Origin: an uncultured Gammaproteobacteria bacterium
GTDB taxonomy: Bacteria > Patescibacteriota > Microgenomatia > UBA12405 > JAHJSD01
Direction of reading: 5' to 3'
Assembly: GCA_964428655.1 (NCBI GenBank)
Contig: CAYRYE010000002.1
Span: 183,156-247,155 of the forward strand
DNA: 64,000 nucleotides
Positions 19,202-27,920 of this stretch are shown piece after piece. The translations under genes were made by a program, and so were the position numbers. Every line of letters begins with the position of its first letter. Position 1 is the first letter of the stretch. Under the pieces are notes generated by a model, which was given only the letters and a program-made list of their open reading frames with translations, was not told where the DNA came from and made no database searches.

Positions 19202-21661
19202 CTATTTCACCACAAAATTAACTAATTTACTTGGAACAAAAATGGTCTTGAGAATTTGTCTGCCTTTTAAGTATTTGGTAATTTGTGGATTTTTCTTGGC
19301 TAATTTTTCAACTTCACTTTTGATTTTTGATTTTTGATTTTTGATTTTTATTGTCCCCCGCAATTTACCGTTGATCTGAACCACAATTTCAATCTCATCT
19401 TCAACCAGATATTTAGGATCAGCTTTGGGCCACGAAGCCCAGTGAACACTTTCTTTTTCCCCTAAGTGTTCCCACAACTCTTCGGCTAAATAGGGCGCAA
19501 AAGGTGCGATCAATTTGATCAAAATCTTTTTGTCTTCAATTGACAAAATACTCTTTACCGGAGGTGTTTTTAGCGTCCGCTCAACCTCATTTAAGAACTT
19601 CATCATCGCGGCGATGGCAGTATTGAAACGACAATTATCAAGGTCATTGGAAACTTTTTTGATCAGCTGGTGAATTTTGGTCACGGCCACTCCTGGAGTA
19701 CCTTTGACGCTTTTTTTAATTAAGCGCTCAAATTTCTCCAAAAACTTCCTAACTCCTTTTAAGGCATTATCATTCCAAGCCATTGTTCCCTCGAACGGTC
19801 CCATAAACATCGAATAGGTACGGAGGACATCAACACCATGTTTTTGCCAAATGTCATCAGGATTAATCATATTGCCTCGAGATTTACTCATTCTTGTTCC
19901 ATCCTGCCCCAAAATCACTCCATGAGACAAGCGTTTGTAGTATGGTTCAGGATACTTTTTTGGTACGGCGCCAATGTCCCAAAGAAATTGATAAATAAAT
20001 CTTGAATAAAGCAAGTGTAAAGTGTTATGTTCGTCACCGCCAATATAAACATCAACTGGGAGCCAGTACTCCAGTTTTTTCATCTCAGCAAGACAACTAT
20101 CATTATCCGGATCAATATATCTCAAAAAATACCAATCAGAACCTGCCCAGTTAGGCATGGTGTCAGTTTCTCTTTTGGCTTGGCCGCCGCACTTAGGACA
20201 TTTGGTCTTGATCCAATCCTCAATCTTGGCCAAAGGGGATTCACCAGTACCAGTTGGTTCATATCTCTCAACATCTGGAAGCTCTACCGGCAATTGATCT
20301 TCCGGCACCGGCTGCCAGCCGCACTTTTGACAATCAATCATTGGTATCGGTTCACCCCAATAATGCTGGCGGGAAAATATCCAATCGCGAAGATGATAGC
20401 GAATTGCCCTTTTACCCCAACCCTTTTTTTCTAAGTAGTCCATCATTTTTTTAGTTGCCTGATGAATATCCATTCCATCTAAAAACTCCGAATTAATCAT
20501 CGTTCCTTCTTGTTCTTGAACCTGCTCTTTTTTAGTTATCTTTGTTTTATCTTCATCAGCCCCAACAACAACTCGAATAACTTCTAAACCAAATTCTTGA
20601 GCAAACTCAAAATCGCGAAGATCATGGCCAGGAACACCAACCACTGCTCCAGTACCAACGGTCATTAAAACAAAGTCAGCAATATAAATCGGCATTTTGC
20701 AGCCATTCAACTGATTGACAGCATATAGACCAGTAAAGACGCCTGTTTTAGTCTTCCCTTCGGCAATTCTCTCTAACTCACTTTTGTTTTTTGCTTGTTC
20801 AACATACTTTTTAATTTCTTTGAACTTTGAACTTTGAACTTTGAACTTTGAACTTAAGAGCATAGCAACGATCGAATGCTCTGGAGCAACAACAATGAAA
20901 GTAGCCCCAAAATTAGTGTCTGGTCTAGTAGTGGAAACAATAATAGTTTCCTTTGTTCCTTTAATGGGATAAGTAATATCAATCCATTTTTTGCGACCAA
21001 TCCAATTTATCTGAGCTGCTTTCACTTTCTCAATAAAAGCTGTCTTTTCCAGGCCATCAAGCAGGCGATCGGCATAATCAGTTATTTTAACAATCCACTG
21101 GTTTAAGTCTTTTTTGCTAACTTTAGCGCCGCAGCGTTCACACTTCCCACTAACTACTTCTTCATTGGCCAAACCTGTTTTGCAGGCAGGGCACCAATTA
21201 ATTGGTTTTTTCTCTTTGTAGGCCAGGCCCTGTTTAAAGAGTTGAATAAAAATCCACTGAGTCCATTTGTAATAATCAGGATCTGTTGTCCCCACTTCTC
21301 TTTGCCAATCACAAGAAAGAGCCATGCGTTTTATTTGGCGGCGAAAAACATTGATGCTTTTTTTAGTAGTTATTTTAGGATTGATGCCTGTTTTTATAGC
21401 ATAGTTTTCGGTTGGCAGACCAAAAGCATCCCAACCCATTGGAAACAAGACATTTAAACCCTCCATTCGCTTTTTGCGGGCATAAACATCAGCCCCAGTC
21501 ATAGTAAATGCGTGACCAATATGAAGACCTGAACCAGAGATATAAGGAAACTCAACTAAAATATATAGTTTTTTTCTTTTTTTATCGAAGTCAACCGCTC
21601 GATACCAATCTTGCTTTTCCCAAACTTTTTGCCATTTTTTCTCAATTTTTTTAAAATTCAT
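19202..21661 (-). CDS. leuS: Leucine--tRNA ligase
   Basis: FPY.SGSGLHIGH, GWDAFGLPTEN, TTRPDT editing motif, DWIFSRQHYWG and RMSKS; SD GGAGG. Confidence 0.98.
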   Translation of the reverse strand: MNFKKIEKKWQKVWEKQDWYRAVDFDKKRKKLYILVEFPYISGSGLHIGHAFTMTGADVYARKKRMEGLNVLFPMGWDAFGLPTENYAIKTGINPKITTKKSINVFRRQIKRMALSCDWQREVGTTDPDYYKWTQWIFIQLFKQGLAYKEKKPINWCPACKTGLANEEVVSGKCERCGAKVSKKDLNQWIVKITDYADRLLDGLEKTAFIEKVKAAQINWIGRKKWIDITYPIKGTKETIIVSTTRPDTNFGATFIVVAPEHSIVAMLLSSKFKVQSSKFKEIKKYVEQAKNKSELERIAEGKTKTGVFTGLYAVNQLNGCKMPIYIADFVLMTVGTGAVVGVPGHDLRDFEFAQEFGLEVIRVVVGADEDKTKITKKEQVQEQEGTMINSEFLDGMDIHQATKKMMDYLEKKGWGKRAIRYHLRDWIFSRQHYWGEPIPMIDCQKCGWQPVPEDQLPVELPDVERYEPTGTGESPLAKIEDWIKTKCPKCGGQAKRETDTMPNWAGSDWYFLRYIDPDNDSCLAEMKKLEYWLPVDVYIGGDEHNTLHLLYSRFIYQFLWDIGAVPKKYPEPYYKRLSHGVILGQDGTRMSKSRGNMINPDDIWQKHGVDVLRTYSMFMGPFEGTMAWNDNALKGVRKFLEKFERLIKKSVKGTPGVAVTKIHQLIKKVSNDLDNCRFNTAIAAMMKFLNEVERTLKTPPVKSILSIEDKKILIKLIAPFAPYLAEELWEHLGEKESVHWASWPKADPKYLVEDEIEIVVQINGKLRGTIKIKNQKSKIKSEVEKLAKKNPQITKYLKGRQILKTIFVPSKLVNFVVK

Positions 21662-21675
21662 ATCGTCCTCCGCAT

Positions 21676-21780
21676 AAAAAAACCTCCCTTTCCCCGAAAG
21701 GACCCCTTCGGACGGGAGGCTGAATCCATAAAAATCTCTTCACCTCCCAAAAATCTAGTCCAAAAGGAGAAAAAGAGATT
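21676..21780 (-). promoter_or_regulatory. Ribosome-mediated transcription attenuator of leuS (1:2 / 2:3 / 3:4 alternative hairpins plus U7)
   Basis: On the minus strand, segment 1 AATCTCTTTTTCTCC pairs with segment 2 GGGAGGTGAAGAGATT. The GGGAGG of segment 2 can instead pair with segment 3 CCTCCC. Segment 3 pairs with segment 4 GGGAGG, which is followed by TTTTTTT. Confidence 0.85.
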
Positions 21781-21790
21781 GTTCCTTCAT
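21755..21790 (-). CDS. leuS leader peptide MKEQSLFLLLD*
   Basis: ATG AAG GAA CAA TCT CTT TTT CTC CTT TTG GAC TAG: four Leu codons overlapping attenuator segment 1. Confidence 0.85.
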   Translation of the reverse strand: MKEQSLFLLLD

Positions 21791-21799
21791 GTTGATTAT

Positions 21800-21828
21800 T
21801 TTATAGCAAAGAAGTTTGAAAAATGCAA
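21800..21828 (-). promoter_or_regulatory. Sigma70 promoter of the leuS leader
   Basis: TTGCAT-N17-TATAAA with extended TG, 9 nt upstream of the leader ATG. Confidence 0.7.
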
Positions 21829-21845
21829 ATTACTGGATCAGCTTT

Positions 21846-21889
21846 GCGCCGCCGGCAAAGCCTTTGGCGACGCACGGCCGGCGTTGCCA
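21846..21889. repeat. 44-bp GC-rich intergenic element, copy 1 (copy 2 at 57313-57356)
   Basis: The first 26 bp, GCGCCGCCGGCAAAGCCTTTGGCGAC, are identical in both copies and both end in GTTGCCA. Confidence 0.85.
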
Positions 21890-21933
21890 GTTTGCAAGTA
21901 GAAAAACAATAAAAAATAATGTATACTATCTTG

Positions 21934-22191
21934 ATGGCTGAAAATACTAATAACTATTGTTGGGTAAGAGGAGATGCTTCAAGAATTGACAATGATGACG
22001 AAATTAAAAATGCTCTAAGAGATTGTCCAAATCGAACAAGTCCAAGAGGCCCTTATAGACCTAGTTATGTTTGTCTGCAGCCTGCAAACAGGCGCACAGA
22101 CAAGTGTCCTTGGAATAAAATCATAACGAAAAGAAGACAACCACAAACTCCTATTAAAGTTAGAGCCGCGTCCATTTCCTCCCATCGCTAA
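21934..22191 (+). CDS. Small basic protein with four Cys
   Basis: TATACT (21922) 6 nt before the ATG; YCW...DCP...YVCLQPANRRTDKCPW. Confidence 0.55.
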   Translation: MAENTNNYCWVRGDASRIDNDDEIKNALRDCPNRTSPRGPYRPSYVCLQPANRRTDKCPWNKIITKRRQPQTPIKVRAASISSHR

Positions 22192-23071
22192 TAATTTCAA
22201 TTTGGCCATTAATATCAGTTCTTAAATAGCGAATGTCATGATTTTTCAATTTTTCCAAGACTTCTTTGGTTGGATGACCAAATTTGTTTTCACCCACAGA
22301 AATCACGGCCAATTGGGGTTGGGTAGCTAACAAAATCTCTTCTGAGGTACTAGTCTTAGAACCATGATGGGCAATTTTTAAAACTTCTACTTTGGGTAAT
22401 TGTTTCCGCCAAGCCAAGACTTGCTCAACACTGATTGAAATGTCACCGGTCAACAAAGCATCAAAGTCGCCAAATCTCAACTGCAAAACTATTGAACTAT
22501 TATTTAAATTATCGGATGAAAAATCAAAACCAGGTTGTTGGCATTTTTTCTGCTGATCAAAAAACTTTGTTTGTATTTTCTCTTGGGCGTCAGCTTTCTC
22601 CTCTTCTGGCCAGAGTACCTCAAAATATATCTTTTTAATCCTAAAGGATTCATCGTTGACCAGTTTTCTTGAACAAATTCTTTCCTCAAGTAGCTCATTT
22701 TTTAATTCCTGAAACCGCCAAGATTCAGGATTATCAAAACCATTATATAAAAACAGACCAACCCTATAACGCTTTACTATTTCTAGTAATCCTCCAAAAT
22801 GATCCTCGTCCGGATGAGTATTAACCACCATTTCTATTTTCCGATCCCAAAACGGCATCTGCGATTTTAAACACTTTAATAACTTGCCGCTGTTTTTTGG
22901 CAAGCCGCCGTCAATCAAAATCTGGACTGTTTTAAAACAGACTACAATCGCATCACCCTGACCAACATCGCAAAAGACCAAATGCAAGTTATTATCCGGC
23001 CATTGCCGCCAAATCAGATAAACTAAAATCAGTAGCCAAAACAAAAAAGCAATCTTTAGCCAAGTTTTCAT
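22160..23071 (-). CDS. ComEC/Rec2-type metallo-beta-lactamase-fold protein (split ComEC C-terminal part)
   Basis: FCDVGQGDA, THPDEDHFGG, NNSSIV, LLTGD, KIAHHGSKTS, FGHP and RTD..G motifs. ATG 23071 overlaps the comEC stop (ATGA). Confidence 0.92.
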   Translation of the reverse strand: MKTWLKIAFLFWLLILVYLIWRQWPDNNLHLVFCDVGQGDAIVVCFKTVQILIDGGLPKNSGKLLKCLKSQMPFWDRKIEMVVNTHPDEDHFGGLLEIVKRYRVGLFLYNGFDNPESWRFQELKNELLEERICSRKLVNDESFRIKKIYFEVLWPEEEKADAQEKIQTKFFDQQKKCQQPGFDFSSDNLNNSSIVLQLRFGDFDALLTGDISISVEQVLAWRKQLPKVEVLKIAHHGSKTSTSEEILLATQPQLAVISVGENKFGHPTKEVLEKLKNHDIRYLRTDINGQIEIISDGRKWTRL

Positions 23072-24162
23072 CCTGAAAATTTCTCCACAATAAAAATTGA
23101 CCACCAAAGTAATGGATAGATTGCCCAAAGAACTATCCGACCCAGGAGTAATCCAATTAACCCCAAACTCATAATTACTGGGATTAACGGCAAAATCAAA
23201 GCATTGGTTATTGGCGCCAACCAAGATAAGCTCCCAAAATGCCAAATAATAATGGGGGCAACCATTAATTGAGCTGATAAGGTTTCCGCCAAGACTTCTC
23301 CTATTACCGGTATATTTTTAAGGCGGCCAAACATTCTTCCTCCCAGCATAATTCCCAATAAAGCAGCCACGCTGAGCTGAAAACTGATACTGACAATCAA
23401 ATCAGGCTTAATCATTAACATTAACCAAATAGCAAAGATAAAAGCCCGCCATTGATGATATTTTTTGCCAAGCAGTTGAGCCAAAAACAAAAAAGAAAGC
23501 ATAATAGCGGCTCTAATTATTGGCGATTCAAAGCCAACTATGCCAACATAAAGCCAAATTAAGACCAAGCCAATTAAAATTGCCGGTTTTCTTCCGAAAA
23601 AATAAGCCAGATACTCAACTGGCCTCTTTCCTGTCACCGATAAATTATATCCGCTAGCAACAATAATATGTAGAGTGCCAGTCTGACGCAATTGCTGGTA
23701 AAATTCAGGGTCTAATTTTTGTTTGACTCCCAAAACAATGCCGTTTAAAAGATCTGCTTCCGGATAGGGTAAATTTTCTAAAAACACTTTTGACAACTCT
23801 TTCCTAACCAGACGTAATCTCTTGAGAAATCTATAGCTTAAAAATTTGGGGTTAGAATTTTCCTGAAAAGGTAAAATTTGTAAATTTATCAGACACAGTT
23901 TCGCTCTGCTTAGCTTAGAACACTCCTCTATTTTACCAATAATTTGTAAACAATCGCCAAAATCAAACTGGGGTTCTATTGGAGCAGTAATTTTAAGTTT
24001 TTGAAAGTGGTTTTGATAATAGAAAATTTGCTTGTCTTGGGTATAAAGTGGTTGATTGAACAAACAATAATTTAGCTTAATTCTTTGCCCTATCTGAAAC
24101 TTAGCTCCTAATTGCCAGTCAAGAAAAAAGCGAAAAAATAAGAGAATTATAAAAAATATCAT
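23068..24162 (-). CDS. comEC: ComEC competence (DNA-uptake channel) domain protein
   Basis: GTLHIIVASGYN, SPIIRAAIM, SFQLS and APITNAL motifs. Confidence 0.92.
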   Translation of the reverse strand: MIFFIILLFFRFFLDWQLGAKFQIGQRIKLNYCLFNQPLYTQDKQIFYYQNHFQKLKITAPIEPQFDFGDCLQIIGKIEECSKLSRAKLCLINLQILPFQENSNPKFLSYRFLKRLRLVRKELSKVFLENLPYPEADLLNGIVLGVKQKLDPEFYQQLRQTGTLHIIVASGYNLSVTGKRPVEYLAYFFGRKPAILIGLVLIWLYVGIVGFESPIIRAAIMLSFLFLAQLLGKKYHQWRAFIFAIWLMLMIKPDLIVSISFQLSVAALLGIMLGGRMFGRLKNIPVIGEVLAETLSAQLMVAPIIIWHFGSLSWLAPITNALILPLIPVIMSLGLIGLLLGRIVLWAIYPLLWWSIFIVEKFSG

Positions 24163-24189
24163 TTTTTCTATGATATAATGCCTTTAGCA

Positions 24190-24423
24190 ATGAAGCTTGC
24201 ACTTCTTTCCAAAAGAAAAAGACCATCTCTTCCCTGTGGAGCCAGAAACAGAAAGCCTGTTAGAGAAGTAACGGCTGGTTCAGAGGGGGGTGTCTTGCCT
24301 ATTCTGAACACCTTGGCAGAGACGGAAAAAGAGTTGGCTGGACCTCAGAGTTTGTCTGTAGGGCTACAACTATGTTTGGTGCTTGTCCTGCTGGCTTTAG
24401 ACGAAGGCTCAGATCGTAGTTAA
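24190..24423 (+). CDS. Small basic protein; probably a Cys4 protein frameshifted at the G6 run 24285-24290
   Basis: TGATATAAT (24171) upstream. One extra G gives ...PCGA...GGCLAY...FVCRATTMFGACPAGFRRRLRS* (stop 24417-24419). Confidence 0.45.
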   Translation: MKLALLSKRKRPSLPCGARNRKPVREVTAGSEGGVLPILNTLAETEKELAGPQSLSVGLQLCLVLVLLALDEGSDRS

Positions 24424-24456
24424 AAACAAGAAAAAGAATGCTATATTATAAGTGAG

Positions 24457-24657
24457 ATGGCGATTATAGTTGGCAGGAATAGAGAGTGTATCTATAACGA
24501 AGTTGTACCGACCCACAGTTCAAGGGCCCGGTGTGCAGCCACCCACACTGAAGCAAGGGCTCATCACCCCCCCAACAGAGTAGTAATAACAAGAATTGAC
24601 TCGTGCGATTGTTCAAGTCAAAGAAAAACTAATTCCTGTCCCGCCCTCCGAAGCTAA
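24457..24657 (+). CDS. Small basic Cys-rich protein (66 aa)
   Basis: TGCTATATT (24439) 9 nt before the ATG; ECIY..RCAA..SCDCSSQRKTNSCPA. Confidence 0.55.
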   Translation: MAIIVGRNRECIYNEVVPTHSSRARCAATHTEARAHHPPNRVVITRIDSCDCSSQRKTNSCPALRS

Positions 24658-24672
24658 AGTAGTTTTAACTTT

Positions 24673-25272
24673 CTAAATTGCAACCTTTTCTTTAATTTTT
24701 TCAAACGTTTTCTTTCCTATCCCGGAAACAGCCATGATTTCTTCAATAGTTTTGAAGCCGCCGTGCGCCTGGCGGTACTCAATGATTCTTTGGGCAAAAC
24801 CAGAACCAATGCCAGGTAAACTTTTAAGTTCTGCTTCTGAGGCTAAATTAATGTTAATTTTTCCGGCCACTACTCCAGCTACCTCTCCTAATTCTGCTGA
24901 CGGCGGGGCAGACTCACCTTTTTTAGGAATATAAATCTTTTCCCCATCAGTTAACTTCCGAGCCAGGTTTAGATTACGATTAATCCATTCTTGGTCTGCT
25001 TCCTCACTAAGCCCGCCGGCAGATTCAACTGCTTGGCTGATCCGAGACTCACTTTTCAATTTATAAACTCCTGGCTTGTCAACTGCGCCAGCAATATCAA
25101 CCATAATTTCCTGACTTTCCTCTGACTGCTCTTTTGTAGTCTCAAAAAACTCAACATCAGAAGCTTTTTCTCTTTTGTCAAACCCAAAAACCAACCCCAA
25201 AATAATCAGTCCCACTCCAATTCCCAAAGCGCCGAACCTGCCATACTTTTCCCAAAATTGCCAAAAGGACAT
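24673..25272 (-). CDS. comEA: ComEA DNA-binding protein (SLBB plus HhH)
   Basis: VDIAGAVDKPGVY, NLARKLTDGEKIYIP, ININLAS..L.SLPGIG and VSGIGKK motifs. Confidence 0.95.
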   Translation of the reverse strand: MSFWQFWEKYGRFGALGIGVGLIILGLVFGFDKREKASDVEFFETTKEQSEESQEIMVDIAGAVDKPGVYKLKSESRISQAVESAGGLSEEADQEWINRNLNLARKLTDGEKIYIPKKGESAPPSAELGEVAGVVAGKININLASEAELKSLPGIGSGFAQRIIEYRQAHGGFKTIEEIMAVSGIGKKTFEKIKEKVAI

Positions 25273-25354
25273 TAATTCATTTTAGCAGATGGGAATTGCT
25301 AAATTGCTAAAACCAATAATTGATAATTGATGGTTAATAATTAATAATTAGGCC

Positions 25355-26074
25355 ATGTGGCTGCAACTTGGGCTTTTAACTTTCGTCACCTTTTTCAGCT
25401 GGATCTGGGCTAACCATCCTCAACTGTCGTTTTATACTCTCCAACTCATTGCTGTCTTGATTATCATTTACCTTTTGAAAAACCTGTTTTCCCGAAATGC
25501 AAACCTAAAACATTCTCGGAATATTTTGAACAGTCTGATTCTAACAACCATTGTTCTCGTTCTAGTCTTCTCTACCGGTGGCTTAAACTCATCTTTTTTC
25601 TTCCTACTCTACTTCCTTCTCTTTAACATTTCTTTTCTTTTTGAACCATCGCTAACCATGTCTTTTAGTTTCATTCTGGTCGTCTTCCTAGCAACTCATT
25701 TTCAGTTTTCCCAAGACCTTATTAAGCTAGCCTCACTCATTTTTGCCGCCCCTTTAGCCTTATTTTTTGGCCAGCAATATTTAAAAAATCTGGCCGCTCA
25801 AGAAAGAATTAAGATTTTCAAAAGAAAATGGCTTGAAAACGAAAAGGCCTTAGAATCAGAAGAAACTAATATTCTTCTCTGGCTGTCTCTAAATCTCCGC
25901 AACAGCATTGCGGAGATTTTAGAAATTACCGCAAATTTACTGGCTGATCTTTCCCACCTTTCACCAACCCAAAAAAAAAGCCTTAAAAAGATCAGAAGAA
26001 AGGCAAAAAAATTACTGAAACAAGGGAAGAAATTGGGAAAAATTGTTGACAGGGAAACAGATGATGAAAATTAA
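25355..26074 (+). CDS. Multi-TM membrane protein with a C-terminal HisKA-like helical hairpin lacking the His
   Basis: STGGLNSSFFFLLYF TM motif; LSLNLRNSIAEI resembles the SHELRTPL H-box; no ATPase domain. Confidence 0.55.
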   Translation: MWLQLGLLTFVTFFSWIWANHPQLSFYTLQLIAVLIIIYLLKNLFSRNANLKHSRNILNSLILTTIVLVLVFSTGGLNSSFFFLLYFLLFNISFLFEPSLTMSFSFILVVFLATHFQFSQDLIKLASLIFAAPLALFFGQQYLKNLAAQERIKIFKRKWLENEKALESEETNILLWLSLNLRNSIAEILEITANLLADLSHLSPTQKKSLKKIRRKAKKLLKQGKKLGKIVDRETDDEN

Positions 26075-26840
26075 AAGCAACAATTTAAAACTAAAAAGTT
26101 TTTACCAGGTCAGGCTTGGTTTTAAGTTTTTGGTTGTTATTTTTACATTTTCGTTTTTAATTTTTAGTTTGACCGCTTATGCGGTGAACATGGAATCAGA
26201 CCACTATCGAATCCAGTGGGGTAATATCAACATCGGCGCCAGAAATCAATCTTCAGACAACTATAATTTAGGAGTCACCATCGGTCAAATTGCGCCTGGT
26301 TTGTACTCTGATACCGGCTATAAGGTAAGGGCCGGCTTCCAATATATTCATTCAATTATCCCCTTTTCTTTCAGTATTTCTGATATCACCATTGATTTTG
26401 GCACCCTAACTTCCCAAACGCCATCAACTGACACTAATACCCTCACTGTTAGCGCCGGTGGGGCTGGCGGCTATCAAGTTTTAGCCTTTGAAACTCATCC
26501 TTTAGAACTAATCAGCGACAGCAGTGTTGAAATCTCTGATACTCTTTGCGACAACGGCAACTGTGATGAAACCAGCGCCGAGGTCTGGAGTCAAACCACT
26601 ACCTACGGTTTTGGTTTTAACATTAATGGCGATGACACTCCTTCTGATTTCATAGACACGACTTATTTTCGTCAATTTGCTGATGATGAAGAAAATGAAA
26701 CCCACCAAGCCATAATGAGCAACGACAGCGTCACCAGTGAATCTGAAGCAGCAGTCACTTATAAAGCTAATATTTCCGGAACCCAGGAGGCGGGAAAGTA
26801 CGAGACGAGCGTGGTTTATGTGGCAGTACCCAGCTACTGA
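26061..26840 (+). CDS. Secreted WxL-like surface protein
   Basis: Signal peptide, IDFGTLT, LTVSAGGAGGYQV and C-terminal QEAGKYETSVVYVAVPSY. Confidence 0.6.
   Translation: MMKIKSNNLKLKSFYQVRLGFKFLVVIFTFSFLIFSLTAYAVNMESDHYRIQWGNINIGARNQSSDNYNLGVTIGQIAPGLYSDTGYKVRAGFQYIHSIIPFSFSISDITIDFGTLTSQTPSTDTNTLTVSAGGAGGYQVLAFETHPLELISDSSVEISDTLCDNGNCDETSAEVWSQTTTYGFGFNINGDDTPSDFIDTTYFRQFADDEENETHQAIMSNDSVTSESEAAVTYKANISGTQEAGKYETSVVYVAVPSY
26067..26169 (+). repeat. 103-bp exact direct repeat, copy 1 (encodes a signal peptide)
   Basis: Identical to 26860-26962. Confidence 0.95.
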
Positions 26841-26847
26841 AACTAAA

Positions 26848-27840
26848 ATGTTAAATCTAAAAATTAAAAGCAACAATTTAAAACTAAAAAGTTTTTACCA
26901 GGTCAGGCTTGGTTTTAAGTTTTTGGTTGTTATTTTTACATTTTCGTTTTTAATTTTTAGTTCTGGCCAAAAGGCCAGTGCCCAATCTGTCTCCCTTTCT
27001 ATCTATCCTCCCCTTCTCGAAGTCATGATTCAACCTGGCAAGTCATTTATTGGGGCCTATGAAATTACCAATAATTCAGACATTGATCTTTACCTTCGGC
27101 CAATCGTTGTTCCTTTCGAACCAGCTGGCCAAAAAGGAGGTGTTAAATTACAAACTACCAGCCACCAGCCACCAGCCACCAGCTACTTTTCCCTAACCAA
27201 CGCTGATATTCAACTTAATCAAACCTTTAAGTTGCCTGCTAACAGTCAGCAGCAGTTAGTGCTAAAGATAAATGTTCCTAAAGGCCAACTGGAAAAAGAT
27301 CACTACTTCACTTTTTTAGTTGAACAAACACCAGAAGGAAAGTTTGTTGGTTCCCCTGAAACAGCCACGAACCTAATCAAAATCGGCGGCAACATTCTTT
27401 TAACCATTTCCCAATCTGGTTTACCTAAAAAACAAGGAGTGATTGCCAAATTTATTTCTCGTCCGAAAATCGCTGATTTACTAGAAACAGTCAAGTTTAA
27501 AGTCCTAATCCAAAACACTGGCGATGCTTTTTTCAAAACAAATGGCCAAATTGATATTTATCATCGCTTAACCAAAAAGAAAATGGCTAACCTTAATTTT
27601 CGACCCGACAATGTTCTTGTTGATTCAGCTCGAGAAATTGTGTGCAGCGAATCTTGCGCCTTCTCTTCTCTTCTTCCAGGCCCCTATCGAGCCATTGTTT
27701 CATTTACTCCAGATGAATCTAATAATCAGGAAGCGGCAGTAGCTCTTTTCTGGATTCTACCAATTAAATCAGGACTGGTCATTATTCTTCTGATTCTACT
27801 AATTTGGCAAATCAAAAGAAAAATCAAGAAAAAATCATGA
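26848..27840 (+). CDS. WxL-interacting-protein-like (DUF916/DUF3324-like) membrane-anchored protein
   Basis: LSIYPPLLEVMIQPG, YEITN, IQNTGDAF and a C-terminal TM with a basic tail. Confidence 0.6.
   Translation: MLNLKIKSNNLKLKSFYQVRLGFKFLVVIFTFSFLIFSSGQKASAQSVSLSIYPPLLEVMIQPGKSFIGAYEITNNSDIDLYLRPIVVPFEPAGQKGGVKLQTTSHQPPATSYFSLTNADIQLNQTFKLPANSQQQLVLKINVPKGQLEKDHYFTFLVEQTPEGKFVGSPETATNLIKIGGNILLTISQSGLPKKQGVIAKFISRPKIADLLETVKFKVLIQNTGDAFFKTNGQIDIYHRLTKKKMANLNFRPDNVLVDSAREIVCSESCAFSSLLPGPYRAIVSFTPDESNNQEAAVALFWILPIKSGLVIILLILLIWQIKRKIKKKS
26860..26962 (+). repeat. 103-bp exact direct repeat, copy 2
   Basis: Identical to 26067-26169. Confidence 0.95.
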
Positions 27841-27920
27841 CTATTCCCTGGTGTTGATAAAGCTTGCAAGACCAGAAAAATAATGCCAAAATGAAGCAAT
27901 AGATAAGTAGATAATTAATA

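Noticed and set aside
21662-21830. T-box riboswitch upstream of leuS
   Set aside because: No GGTGGNACCGCG T-box motif and the leader is too short; the leader-peptide model explains the sequence.
23072-23245. N-terminal extension of the MBL ORF, and similarly 26737-26847 and 31767-31871
   Set aside because: These extensions overlap upstream genes or promoters; downstream ATGs with coupling or -10 boxes fit better.
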